64,000 nucleotides of DNA, taken from Setoptus koraiensis. Taxonomy: Eukaryota > Animalia > Arthropoda. The notes below the pieces were generated by a model. The model saw only the letters and a program-made list of their open reading frames with translations. It was not told the DNA's origin and searched no databases. Position numbers and translations under genes: made by a program. The stretch spans positions 13,702,001 to 13,766,000 of the forward strand of contig CM106585.1 in NCBI GenBank assembly GCA_048013815.1, given 5' to 3'. Shown here piece after piece: positions 39,772 to 51,707 of this stretch (positions are counted from its first letter, which is position 1; each line of letters opens with the position of its first letter).

Positions 39772-40581
39772 ATGGCCACGAAAATCGTTTCAATCATACT
39801 ATTCAGCTCAGTTGCGAGCTTCTTTTTGGCTAGCTCTGCTCAAGAAGTTGCCGACTATGCCGAAAAATTATTGGAAGTGCTTCATAAATCAGTAGAGGAA
39901 GATATTTCAACAGATGAAGTAATTTTAGAAATACCAATATCCGATTGGGAGGAAGCCGCTAAAGAATTTTCCAGTTGGCCACCGGACTATCTAGAGAAAT
40001 TGCACGCGCAAGATTATATTGCCCTACTTATTGACCAAGTTTTGGTGCCGTTTAGAGCCTCTTACGAGTATATTAAGCTATACGATCCAGATAATGTTGA
40101 TAATTTCTTGAAGGGCCTGGTGGATAACTTCAAGAAATACTTTTCCATATACCAGAGGGTTGATAATGGATCCATGGTTAAGTACCCCAAGACGTCTAAA
40201 TTATGGAATGCGCTGATGTCTGAAATTGATCAGGGAAAAACTGACACGAATATCACTTTCAGAGATATCAAGTTTGCTTATGATGAATATAACATCTTAA
40301 GACAGAGAAAAGACAAGGAATTCCTGGGTATGCCTGTAGAGGGTAAACCCGACTTTGCAACGGATAGTATATTACATAACGCGGAAGAGTTCAAATCATT
40401 GCGAGAGTTCTTCAAGGCACCACAAGTACATATGTTGCAAAACACCATTTTTGCCCTTGTGGACATGGCAAAAAGAGATAATAAACCCGAATTGAATAAT
40501 GCGGAAAGTTTAGTGAGTTACTTCAAGCAGGTATATAAGTCATTTAATTCAGAATTCAACGGCAACTCGGGTGACCAGTGA
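39772..40581 (+). CDS. Orphan secreted protein, 269 aa, intronless
   Basis: Clean ATG ORF with signal peptide MATKIVSIILFSSVASFFLASSA; helical, charged mature part; no family recognised. Confidence 0.8.
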   Translation: MATKIVSIILFSSVASFFLASSAQEVADYAEKLLEVLHKSVEEDISTDEVILEIPISDWEEAAKEFSSWPPDYLEKLHAQDYIALLIDQVLVPFRASYEYIKLYDPDNVDNFLKGLVDNFKKYFSIYQRVDNGSMVKYPKTSKLWNALMSEIDQGKTDTNITFRDIKFAYDEYNILRQRKDKEFLGMPVEGKPDFATDSILHNAEEFKSLREFFKAPQVHMLQNTIFALVDMAKRDNKPELNNAESLVSYFKQVYKSFNSEFNGNSGDQ

Positions 40582-40766
40582 TAGATAGACACGGGCCTCC
40601 TCCGTGATTCACATTGATTTGATCCAAACACCACACAATAAAAACGTGATTGGTCCTAATGGGGCCAGACCGAATAAATGAGCTTACTTATAGTAAGAGT
40701 GGTAAAGCTGAGCTCGTACACCTCTAAATATCCTTTTTTGTCAACTAAGATTGATCTTAAGATTGA

Positions 40767-41810
40767 AAACGGGTCGGTGGCGATTCTTCGAATGACTATT
40801 CTTCGAATGACTATTCTTCGAACCATGATGAACTTTACAAAGCAAATAAAAACCTCAAACCACCGGTTGCTAGTTGGTCTAGAAAGGAGAAATCAAAATC
40901 GAGACGGACCAAGGGACGTAAAAATCCGATAGTGCATAAACCGAGAGCTGAGAAACATTCTGATGGTGATGTAGAGTGAGGCATCAATCCAAATCGTTGT
41001 GCCAATAAGTGGTTGCCCAATAAGCCAGCCGATGCTCGAATAAAAACAAGAATTTACGGAGGTGAGGAGGCATCCAACGGAGACTTTCCTTGGATGATTA
41101 GAATCGACCATAAAGATAACACTACAATTGTAAGGAGTTGTGGTGGCACAATTATACACAAACAAATCGTTGTGACGGCTAGACATTGCATCAGTCAGGG
41201 GATGACCATGACATTACCAATATGCTAATATATGCTGGCCGCACCACCTACTGAATGGTGGCAAGTGAGAGGAGTCGAAGTTTTTTCGAGACATGGCGGA
41301 GATATGTCGAGGCCCGGTGATGCTGCATTGCTTAAGCTAGACAAGCCACTGATTTGGACAGATTATGTTAGACCTGCTTGTTTGCCACCAGCCGAAACAG
41401 GTGACGAAAATTCTGGCCGTTTAAAACCAGGCACAAACGTAACTGTAGCTGGATGGGGACGATTTGAGGACCAAGAAGATGACTCAAAAGTAACGAAATT
41501 ACTAGCTGGTATTATGACAATCCGGGATCTAGAAATTTGCGACAGATTTTGGGTAGAAGAAGAAAAAGAGTTTTGTACACTCACCCCCATTGACGACTCA
41601 AAGTTTATCGGAGCCGGAATGAGTGATTGTGGTGGACCAGCTCTATATGTTAGGAATGGTCCAACGTATAAGGATAGGTGGCAAATCTATGGCATAGTGA
41701 GCGGAGGGGCTCATGAATCTCGAACATGTACAGTGTACCCGAGAGTGACTAGATTGTTAGAGTTCATTGAAGAATTTAAGCAACGGTATATACCCGAAGG
41801 CGATTGGTGA
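40767..41810 (+). pseudogene. Disrupted trypsin-fold (S1A) protease gene
   Basis: RIYGG, FPWM, CGGTIIH..VVTARHC, GDAALLKL, VRPACLP and SDCGGP are in one frame. In-frame stops TGA at 40977 and TAA at 41226; the frame is also closed at 40764. Confidence 0.85.
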
Positions 41811-41909
41811 TCTCTCATTCTTGTTGCCTATCATGCAGATATATCATGATATATCATGCAGATCTCAGCCTTAGTATGGCCTGCCAGTAACGATGACCGC
41901 TGCAATTAG

Positions 41910-42342
41910 CGACGGGTCGGTGTTTGCTTGTTTCGGTCAGTCTCTTGGTTTCATAAGAAGAGTAACGAGGCAGCAATGCGAGTCGTGAGATACAGGCTGC
42001 GAAGACACTCTTAGAAAAATTGCAAAACAAGCGAAATTCTGAAGGACCGATCTTCGACGATCAAATTCGTTAGCCCGGTAATCAAAGTTAGATCGTTGTA
42101 AGCAAGCGACTTTTGGGAGAAATTTTTGACGAAGGTTTCTCCAGAGTCGCTTCGCAGTCGCTACTGACAGGGTGCACACTCTTCCTTTCGAACCAGTCGA
42201 TCTTTCAGCGCTTACCATAGAAGGTAAGTGTGAAAATTTCCAGAATCTAGAGCCAAGAGAAGTCAAGATACGCACCTCGTGATTCTTTTCTTCCCGCAGT
42301 GTTTAGTCTGATTGCTGCGATCAAAAAAATGTTTTCACATGT
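41910..42342. repeat. ~435-bp repeat module at the distal end of the peptide duplicon (copies: 46510-46767 partial, 62191-62625)
   Basis: Reverse-complement matches; may be a non-autonomous TE but no TIR or TSD was identified. Confidence 0.8.
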
Positions 42343-43895
42343 AACCTGGGTGGCCAGCTCATGATTTATGACAGCTCGGTGTTGGCTCGTTCTCGCAATG
42401 CAACCAAATTAACTTCTGATTGTGTGATCTTATCACTAGGGTGCTTAAAAGTGTTTATGGGACAGGATAAGAGTATGTTTATTGTGATGAAAAAAATGTT
42501 TGCAAAAATGATTTTTAATTGCACCGTTGCCAGCCACACACTGTATCGATGAGGATTGCACCCAATTATTTGTCACTCGTTGTAAAAAGCAAAAGTAAAG
42601 CAAAAGTAAACTGTCACATGCTCTCTGACAAGATGAAAATGATCAAGATAGCCAAACAAAAGCCTTGAATTAGTTGATACCTTCCATAAATTAGGCACAA
42701 ACAAACGAATTATATCTAGTCTACTCATGTGGCCATTGTGTGGCGCTCTGAAATTGAAAGTTTTCAACAGTAGGAAAAGGATTAGATTTATTACTTATGC
42801 GGGCGGCAGGCAACAAGTTTTATCGTAATAAGAATCGGGATTTGGCGTAAGTCTCAACAAATGGTCGACTATCTATTTCATGTCAATTATTGCGACAATG
42901 ACTATCGCATTTTCAATATCAGGCATAGAGTTTCTCGATGGAGAGAAAGTATTTAAACTCTCTGTTTTACTCTTTGGTGCTATCAGTCACTAACTTACCT
43001 AACAAGTGTAATCAGCTCCAAATAAACAAGCAGTTGTTATTTTAAAATAACATAACTCGCAAGACGCATAACCATACAACCGGCCGTAACTAACAGAACA
43101 AAATGAAGAATTCTTTCGTTGTATGTCTTTGCCTGTTTGCTTTCCTCCTGATAGCAACATCGGGTATAATTCAACCATGCTTTGGACAAGGTCCTCTCGG
43201 AGATCTTCCAGAGAGACTTGTCGCCAATCTAGGTGATGCAGTCGACAATGAATTACGTAGACCTTTAAACTTAAACTTTAAACGCAAATAATAGTTCATC
43301 GGTTGATCAACCCGCAACAAGATGGTTCTTATCAGCCGTGAAAGATCTATGTGCCGGAACCACTCTTAGAATTGACCTGATGAATATGGAACAAGCAACA
43401 CAAAAATGTTATGGCAGAACAAGATGTAAGATTGGAAATGAATGAGAGCGAGTTTGCAACTTGAAGCCAATTCAATTGTGTTAGATTGTTGTCGAAAATG
43501 AATGTCAAAATGATTCAATAAACATTACGGAAAAGAATTATAAAATGAAAGTCTTGCTTTACTTTGTGATTTTTAAATAATGGTAGTAGATACTGTTCTC
43601 TTGGCCGCTCCATGTGATATGGATGCGAAATGAAGCCGAAACCACTTGCAGATCCAATTTGGATTTGTTTACCATACGTCGATGGAAAATAAACACATCT
43701 AAACGTCACAGCTCGCGTGAAGAAAACAATCTAGCCCATTGGTAACAATATTTATTGCCGCACGCGCTGATTACCCACAGGAAACGTCAGCTCTCTTCAC
43801 GATAATGAATGGGAAAGATCGATAACCATTGAGATTAATCAATCAATGATTTCACATTCATTGCTATGGCATGCTCCAAATCAAGTCGATTATCG
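42088..43895 (+). repeat. Left arm of a ~1.8-kb inverted duplication (right arm 44963-46767)
   Basis: Paired ORFs map with constant coordinate sums of 88855-88858; near identity except in the peptide mature region. Confidence 0.95.
43103..43291 (+). CDS. Small secreted peptide, family copy 1 (62 aa; mature QGPLGDLPERLVANLGDAVDNELRRPLNLNFKRK)
   Basis: ATG ORF with signal MKNSFVVCLCLFAFLLIATSGIIQPCFG, shared with three paralogues in the window. Confidence 0.88.
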   Translation: MKNSFVVCLCLFAFLLIATSGIIQPCFGQGPLGDLPERLVANLGDAVDNELRRPLNLNFKRK

Positions 43896-44208
43896 TGCAT
43901 CGCAGCATATCAACTGTCAAACAATCACTGTACCGGCATGTCCGCTGAAGACAGATCACTCGATTTGCAATACGCAAAATTCACGATGCGACCCATTAGC
44001 GACGCTTCGTCGTCACTCTTTCGAAGTTTAACACTTTACTTCACAAGCCATATACAAATATGTCGTACTCAATGTCGATCTGTATTATCTCGTGCCTCAT
44101 TTCGCGAACTTCCGCACCGATGCTTCAGAAACGCTTTGCTGCGGTCTCGATACTTAGATTCGTTGAATTTACACACGCGATTCCCGTTTCGGTCTATACT
44201 TATCACTA

Positions 44209-44401
44209 GGGTAGGGCAAATCGGTAACTAAAATCAACCAAAATCGGTTCTTATGGGAGCAAATATAGCATTTTTTCGGTTTTTTCGGTGACTACAAATA
44301 CGTCTCAAAATCATCCTTATGATAAGAATGACTCGCTAGAAAATTCTTAGGGTTTTGCCATGCACAGGAATAGTTCGGCTCGGAACCGACTTGCGCTACC
44401 C
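44209..44401. mobile_element. 193-bp internally deleted copy of the 4775-5273 MITE, inverted
   Basis: TA|GGGTAGGGCAAATCGGT ... ACCGACTTGCGCTACCC|TA. The deletion joins two ttttcggttttt motifs. Confidence 0.88.
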
Positions 44402-44856
44402 TAATGATAACTCTTTGTATGTTTGCTACTTCTTCTATCTAAGTTTGAGATATTTCTTGCCGATTGTTCTTTTAGCCTCGTTTATTGTCTTACATTGTTC
44501 TTGCTTTCTGGCCGAGTAAGATTGAATATGTTAAACTAGGATATTACAACTGAAATTTTACTAGCTGTTGTACTACGAAATCTCAATCGTATTTTCCAAG
44601 AAAATGATAAGTACTAATTGAATCTCGACAAAAAACCGCTGTCAATTTTTATTAATCGCTTTTTTTTGCTTAAGTGTGAACAAATAATTGATAACGACCA
44701 AATAAACCTCAATCATTAGCAAGCGGATATTTGATCAATGGATGATATGACCTGCTCTTCGGGACAAATGTCCTCCTCATAGAGTGATAGTGGCTCGTCA
44801 ACTTCCTTTTCTTTAATTTGGCATTTTTCTGCGTTGAAATATAAATTTGCCAGAAA

Positions 44857-44963
44857 GTCGATGTCATCGGGATCCCCAAATGGATATCTTTTCTTCATCC
44901 TGCCATTGTTAACCCCATGACACATGTAGTAGGCATCTGGATAAGATGACGGATAAAATATCC
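44857..44963. repeat. 107-bp direct repeat, left flank of the inserted duplicon
   Basis: 106/107 identical to 46770-46876. Confidence 0.95.
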
Positions 44964-46767
44964 GATAATCGACTTGATTTGGAGCATGCCATAGCAATGA
45001 ATGTGAAATCATTGATTGATTAATCTCAATGGTTATCGATCTTTCCCATTCATTATCGTGAAGAGAGCTGACGTTTCCTGTGGGTAATTAGCGCGTGCGG
45101 CAATAAAGATTGTTACCAATGGGCTAGATTGTTTTCTTCACGCGAGCTGTGACGTTTAGATGTGTTTATTTTCCATCGACGTATGGTAAACAAATCCAAA
45201 TTGGATCTGCAAGTGGTTTCGGCTTCATTTCGCATCCATATCACATGGAGCGGCCAAGAGAACAGTATCTACTACCATTATTTAAAAATCACAAAGTAAA
45301 GCAAGACTTTCATTTTATAATTCTTTTCCGTAATGTTTATTGAATCATTTTGACATTCATTTTCGACAACAATCTAACACAATTGAATTGGCTTCAAGTT
45401 GCAAACTCGCTCTCATTCATTTCCAATCTTACATCTTGTTCTGCCATAACATTTTTGTGTTGCTTGTTCCATATTCATCAGGTCAATTCTAAGAGTGGTT
45501 CCGGCACATAGATCTTTCACGGCTGATAAGAACCATCTTGTTGCGGGTTGATCCACCGATGAACTATTTGCGCCCCGCGGCCTGATAAGCCTTATAAGCG
45601 GTCTGTGCTTCATTGTTGATTGCATCAGCTAGATTGGCGGCAAGTCTCTCTGGAAGATCTCCGAGCTGTCCAAAGCATGGTTGAATTATACCCGATGTTG
45701 CTATCAGGAGGAAAGCAAACAGGCAAAGACATACAACGAAAGAATTCTTCATTTTGTTCTGTTAGTTACGGCCGGTTGGATGGTATCGCGTCTTGCGAGT
45801 TATGTTATTCTATAAATGACAACTGCTTGTTTATTTGGAGCTGATTACACTTGTTAGGTAAGTTAGTGACTGATGGCACCAGAGAGTAAAACAGAGAGTT
45901 TAAATACTTTCTCTCCATCGAGAAACTCTATGCATGATATTGAAAATGCGATAGTCATTGTCGCAATAATTGACATAAAATTGATAGTCGACCATTTGTT
46001 GAGATTTACGCCAAATCCCGATTCTTATTACGATAAAACTTGTTGCCTGCCGCCCGCATAAGTAATAAATCTAATCCTTTTCCTACTGCTGAAAAACTTT
46101 CCATTTCAGAGCGCCACACAATGGTCACATGAGTAGACTAGATATAATTCGTTTGTTTGTGCCTAATTTATGGAAGGTATCAACTAATTCAAGGCTTTTG
46201 TTTGGCTATCTTGATCATTTTGATTTTGTCAGAGAGCATGTGACAGTTTACTTTTGCTTTACTTTTGCTTTTTACAACGAGTGACAAATAATTGGGTGCA
46301 ATCCTCATCGATACAGTGTGTGGCTGGCAACGGTGCAATTAAAAATCATTTTTGCAAACATTTTTTTCATCGCAATAAACATACTATTATCCTGTCCCAT
46401 AAACACTTTCAAGCACCCTAGTGATAAGATCACACAATCAGAAGTTAATTTGGTTGCATTGCGAGAACGAGCCAACACCGAGCTGTCATAAATCATGAGC
46501 TGGCCACCCAGGTTACATGTGAAAACATTTTTTTGATCGCAGCAATCAGACTAAACACTGCGGGAAGAAAAGAATCACGAGGTGCGTATCTCGACTTCTC
46601 TTGGCTCTAGATTCTGGAAATTTTCACACTTACCTTCTGAGGTAAGCGCTGAAAGATCGACTGGTTCGAAAGGAAGAGTGTGCACCCTCAGAAGCGACTG
46701 CGAGGCGACTCTAGAGAAACCTTCGTCAAAAATTTCTCCCAAAAGTCGCTTGCTTACAACGATCTAA
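44963..46767 (-). repeat. Right arm of the inverted duplication
   Basis: Reverse complement of 42088-43895. Confidence 0.95.
45564..45752 (-). CDS. Small secreted peptide, family copy 2 (62 aa; mature QLGDLPERLAANLADAINNEAQTAYKAYQAAGRK)
   Basis: Same signal peptide as copy 1 (86/87 nt identical over codons 1-29). Confidence 0.88.
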   Translation of the reverse strand: MKNSFVVCLCLFAFLLIATSGIIQPCFGQLGDLPERLAANLADAINNEAQTAYKAYQAAGRK

Positions 46768-46769
46768 TC

Positions 46770-46876
46770 GTCGATGTCATCGGGATCCCCAAATGGATAT
46801 CTTTTCTTCATCCTGCCATTGTTAACCCCATGATACATGTAGTAGGCATCTGGATAAGATGACGGATAAAATATCC
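46770..46876. repeat. 107-bp direct repeat, right flank of the inserted duplicon
   Basis: 106/107 identical to 44857-44963. Confidence 0.95.
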
Positions 46877-49027
46877 TTCGGTTTTCTGTGCCATAATACA
46901 AATCGCTGAGATAATCAATGTACCCATATCCTTACCATGGAAGTCTTTGATCGGAATCCATGAGTTTTTTGGTATTTTGGATATGATTTTTTGATGATTG
47001 GATGAATAAAAGTCGAATCAATCGAGCTGAATCTCACAGGGTTCAGTGTGGTTAGCTCGAAAGTTTTTAGCTCGATCGACGGTGTCTCGAACGACGTTTT
47101 TCTCGTGAAATGGTAAATCTCGCTGTCGCCGACGCTTCTTGCTACTCGCTTGCTCGGTGCTCATTTGTGTGATTCACTGATTCAAGTGCGATATGAATAT
47201 GGTGATATATGGATGATGCTGAGATAACCATTGCAACGATTGTATCTCGGGCACCATGCAAATGATTTTATATCGAATGACCCGTACGAATCTGAGCGGT
47301 TTTTCGTTCTCATCGTGATGATATTCACCGGTAATGATTAATACCTGCGTACTCCTTCTTCGCAGCATTTTATTTGCATTTCAAGCTTGTTAGCCAGCAG
47401 GAGTGTGGTCGAAGTTGAATATGTGAATAATGTGTGGCTCCATGGCCGGCCAGCCAGCCAGCCAGTCCGGTGAGCGCTCTATTGGATATTGTGTGGCTCG
47501 AAACGATTGTAGACGCGTTTTTCTGGTTGTATACGGTAGCGCATGGAAGTTCAAAAATCTTCTCTCGAAAAGATTGTTTGTTCCGTTATGAATAGCAACT
47601 TGTAGTTTATCGCAACGACAAGTTACAAGCTTACAAGTCGCTTATGTCTCCGAAACTGATGAGCGCTCATTAATAATTCAATTCCGTTCATTCGAAGTAC
47701 ATTACACTATCATGCAACATAACTTGCAAGAGAGGTCACCTGAAGCCCGTACTCAAGCTGCTTAAATTATAATCTAAATCATTATCTTCTCTTGTGTACA
47801 TTTATTCTCTGTGTGTTAGACACACACTCACTTAGGCCCTTGTCTGACCCGTAAATTGCGACTTGCGTCTGAATGGATCGAAATAGCATTCGAGGGGATT
47901 GTTTGTATTCTCTCTTCTGTTCTATCTTATCGCAAATCTCTCGGACTACAATTTCAGATGGCACGGTCTTTAACCCTGAACAAAATGGCCATCACACTGG
48001 ACATCGGCATGAAGCAAACAGTGAAAATTTTGCAGCCTAAGCGCTAATGCAGCCTTTGGTTGCATCATGTAATGACTGCGGTCACGCTCATTGTTGTTCA
48101 TGTTTGTCGTCTCCTTGTTTTTATTATTGAATTCTCGTATGAGCCATGAGTGATTGCCAGCGGCCTCTGATGTGTCAGTCTGATGTAGAGACCGAAATAC
48201 GCCGATGAACAGCCTCAATGGAGGCCCGACCGAAGCTACCTTTCAGGCGGGCCTTTAGCGGGCCTTTAGCCGTCTTCGACCGATTATTCGTTGAAACGAC
48301 GAGATTCGAAAAGTTGTTGTTTTTTGTCGCGCACAAAAGTCAACGCTTGGGCTTGGGAGCATCAAACGAGCCAACTCTTAATTGACATGTCCACGAATAG
48401 CACACTTCGACAGGTGACTTTCTCAAGATGCCGACATGCGAATCCCGAAACATGGTCGAACGTACAAAGTGATCCAATGGGATAGGAGTAGACAAACAGA
48501 GTGGATTTTATTTTGAGCCCGCCAACTAATGGACCGATTTGACATGTCTCACGTGAGTGTCATAGACAATCATGAAAGAATCACATACAGGCCAAGTTTT
48601 CATCATAAATTAAAGTCGACGCATAGAAGAAAAAAAAAACAGAAAGAAATGCATTCAAAATGGATAGCCGCCCGAAACAGCAACAACAGGCTGTAAGTAA
48701 CAGGATTATAAGGCAACATTACATAGCTTATCTCTACTTCTGGTACATTTGTTCATTTGTCATGGGGCAAATCTTGTGCGACAACAGGTGAAGGTGAGTG
48801 TATTCGGGCTCTTGCAACTGGCATCGGTGGTTTGATTACGTTGAGTTTATTCTTGTTGATATCTAACAACAAGGCGTCAACAGCAGCAGCAACAACAACA
48901 ACTTTGCAAACTGTTGAGCTATCAGTGGGCATTGAGCAAATGTCCTTGATTGTGTGAGATATCGTATAACTTGCCATTGATATGATTATGTGCAATAAAT
49001 GAATATTTAAAAGCAATTGTTTAACTG

Positions 49028-49663
49028 CTAGCCATTGTTGTTACAATTGCCACTCAAATAGATGCATGTATCATCCTGACAACTGCCAGTCAAATGAGGT
49101 GCTATCCAGGTCTTATCATACGGATGGATATTATCAACACTGTTGAAAACAAAACAAAACACAATAAACTGATGATAAGCCGCTTGGTTCATTTGGTGCC
49201 CAATGGGCGCCTCAATAAATCCATCATCTCTGGCCAGGGTCGTGTGGTCAGATAGTCGCAGCCGGCGCCTTGTTTGTTCGACGGGCTGGCTCGCCAACGA
49301 ATAGAGGAGGCTCCCGATGTTGCTGTTGCTGTTGTTGTTGTTAGCACAGGTAGTCAAAGGTTTTTCATCGATAAAATTAAATAACGAGCTGTGTGCCGTT
49401 GCGCAATCGTTAGTGAAAGGGAGCACCCTAATCTCATGCAAATACTGGTCATTATTGACTGATTGCGTGATGGTCCATTGGTGCTCGTGAGCTTTCGCTA
49501 AAACAACCACAACTGTTGCTAAAACAACCGCAACTGTTGCTAAAACAACCACAACTGTTGCTGTCAGATGCCTTCGCGCCCTTCGGCCATCGGCAAGACC
49601 ACACTTACGTAATGTCTGATAACGGTTATGCTGTGACCAATAAACTTTGCCATATTGTACCAA
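49028..49663 (-). CDS. Hypothetical 211-aa ORF with a repeat-derived hydrophobic segment
   Basis: ATG ORF only; the hydrophobic stretch comes from a 21-bp x3 tandem repeat (49497-49562). No family recognised. Confidence 0.25.
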   Translation of the reverse strand: MVQYGKVYWSQHNRYQTLRKCGLADGRRARRHLTATVVVVLATVAVVLATVVVVLAKAHEHQWTITQSVNNDQYLHEIRVLPFTNDCATAHSSLFNFIDEKPLTTCANNNNSNSNIGSLLYSLASQPVEQTRRRLRLSDHTTLARDDGFIEAPIGHQMNQAAYHQFIVFCFVFNSVDNIHPYDKTWIAPHLTGSCQDDTCIYLSGNCNNNG

Positions 49664-51086
49664 TGCCAGTTATACACGTTGACTGGCGTTGGGCGCGCTA
49701 ATCCAGCGACGGACCCATTGATCGGATTGTTTGTTGTCAGGGCGACTTGCATCGGTCGTGCATCAAACACCGATTGCCAGCCAACCAAAACATAACGACA
49801 GCGGCAAATGGGCCAAACGTGACCGCACAACAGAACCGTTATTTGGACAGCGACGGGCGACGCAAAAATTTTCAAAAATGACAAATAAGTGCTTCAATCA
49901 GTGTTCCAAAATCATAGCGCACGGTCACGTAATCAAAACGATCACGTAGTAGCTAAAAGCTTAAAATATGCTTACATGCTGGTGTGCTGACAAAAAAGAA
50001 AAACAGTAAATATAGTAGAATATTCTGACACAAACATTGAAAAAAAAATATGTTACTAAACATCGGCGAGACATCGCGTTCCGAATAGCGCAGAATAGCG
50101 CAAAATAGCGAACATCATCATTCATCAAAGTGCCATTTTCGGAGCTGGCTTTCTGGCAAGTATTTTTTTTTCTCCTCTTCTTTTTCTTCATTTTGTCAGC
50201 GGCGCCATTTGTGTGGCGCTAATTAACTGACCAGCGCGAAACAGTTTGTGTCATCAGCAGTTTATTATTGGGCTGGCTTATTATCGTTGTGAGTGTGTTT
50301 TTGTGGCAAGCTAGCCAGCGCGACCGTTTTGCCGCCAGAAATAGCGGCACAAATAGTGGCTCGTATGAGAGCATCATGAATGCACGGTGTTCGCTCGAAG
50401 CAATAATTTACAGGGTGCATCAAACTAGTGCTACTACTAACATCAAAATCCAATTACAAATCATAGTAATAACATAATAATAAAACATAACTGGCAGCAT
50501 GTCCGGCTCACACAACAACAATCGATAGACAGCGTCGTGGTTACAGCGTACACTTAGTTAATGGGACACAAAGAAACGAACGTCGCTGCCGGGCCAGGTA
50601 AGAAGCAAAATATAATATAAAATGTAAGCAAAATATATAAAATATAAGCAAAAATTATCCTTATCTGGTGGCGTTATTTATTGTTGCCACTGGCCAGACG
50701 CATAGGCCGCCGTTGTTGGCATGCCCATTGGCGTGTATATGAACTTGACCATTATTGCGCCACTGCAACCTGTTGTTGTTGTTGTTGTTGTTGTTTGTGT
50801 GTAGGTAACCTTGATGATGCAACAGGTGAGTAGGTAAGCGGCTTGTTTGCTGCTGCTGCTGCTGCGTCGAGCGGCGGCCACTCTCGGCAAATTGGCCACT
50901 TGTTGCTGCCGACAATGGTCGGCGCATGCTACTTGCCGGTGGCATGGCTGGCAAGGTCCCGAAAATGTGAGCTGTTTAGCTCGGCCGGCGCATCGCATGA
51001 TTGGGCTTGCAAGCATGGGCACGAAAGGATTAAATGATGATGACGACCATAAATATCATACTTCGATATTTGTTCATTTCGCACAC

Positions 51087-51139
51087 TTGTTGTTGTTGCT
51101 GTTGTTGTTGTTGTTGTTGTTGCTGTTGTTGCTGCTGTT

Positions 51140-51170
<31 letters not shown>

Positions 51171-51176
51171 TTGTTG
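51087..51176. repeat. (TTG/CTG)n microsatellite, about 30 units
   Basis: Directly visible. Confidence 0.92.
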
Positions 51177-51707
51177 TGTTTGGTGGTCAGCGGACGGCGA
51201 GAATTTCGACAAGAGGATGCCCTAGTGAGTTAGTGAGCAAATAAGGGAATAGGCGGCGCAAAATCAGGATGCCACCGCCAACATCACGACGAGCAAACAA
51301 CAACTATTGCGCAACAGCTACCCCGTTCGTTTTGTGTTCACTTTGTTCACATTATCTGCGTCTCTCTCCCCATTGCCCGCTCACCTGCCCTTGGCGCATT
51401 CAATGTTGGCCGGCTTGCCAGCTCGGCCGGCTCACTGCTATTTACTGTGGACACTGCATCACGTTTACTGCACAGATATTTACTGTGTCTCGGATACTAA
51501 TACAAAGTGACACTGCCGTTCGCACTGCGTCAACTTGCGCCACTGCCAGCAACAGGTTGAATGAATGAATGAATGAATGAATGAATGAATGAATAAATGA
51601 ATGGAAGGGTCAACACGCCAAACAGCCGACAGCAACCGTTTGATCACATGCCTCATGGCAGCAACAAGCCGGGCTAACTGTTCATCATCATTATATCTTG
51701 ATCGCCA

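Larger units (their letters stand above)
44716..46931 (-). pseudogene. Remnant reading frame with an internal repeat, split by the peptide duplicon (5' part 46931-46770, 3' part 44963-44716)
   Basis: Removing the insert and one 107-bp repeat gives one frame: GYGYIDYLSDLYYGTENRRIFYPSSYPDAYYMYHGVNNGRMKKRYPFGDPDDIDFLANLYFNAEKC...SAC*. Confidence 0.5.

Noticed and set aside
42180-42230. tRNA-like TGGTAAGCG..GGTTCGAA in the repeat module (possible SINE head)
   Set aside because: Box spacing too short and no cloverleaf.
47044-47057. 14-nt match to miR-34 (CAGTGTGGTTAGCT)
   Set aside because: Seed start differs and there is no hairpin partner.
50661-51233. PolyQ/polyC/polyL ORFs
   Set aside because: Products of a trinucleotide microsatellite; could be an unlinked exon but unsupported.
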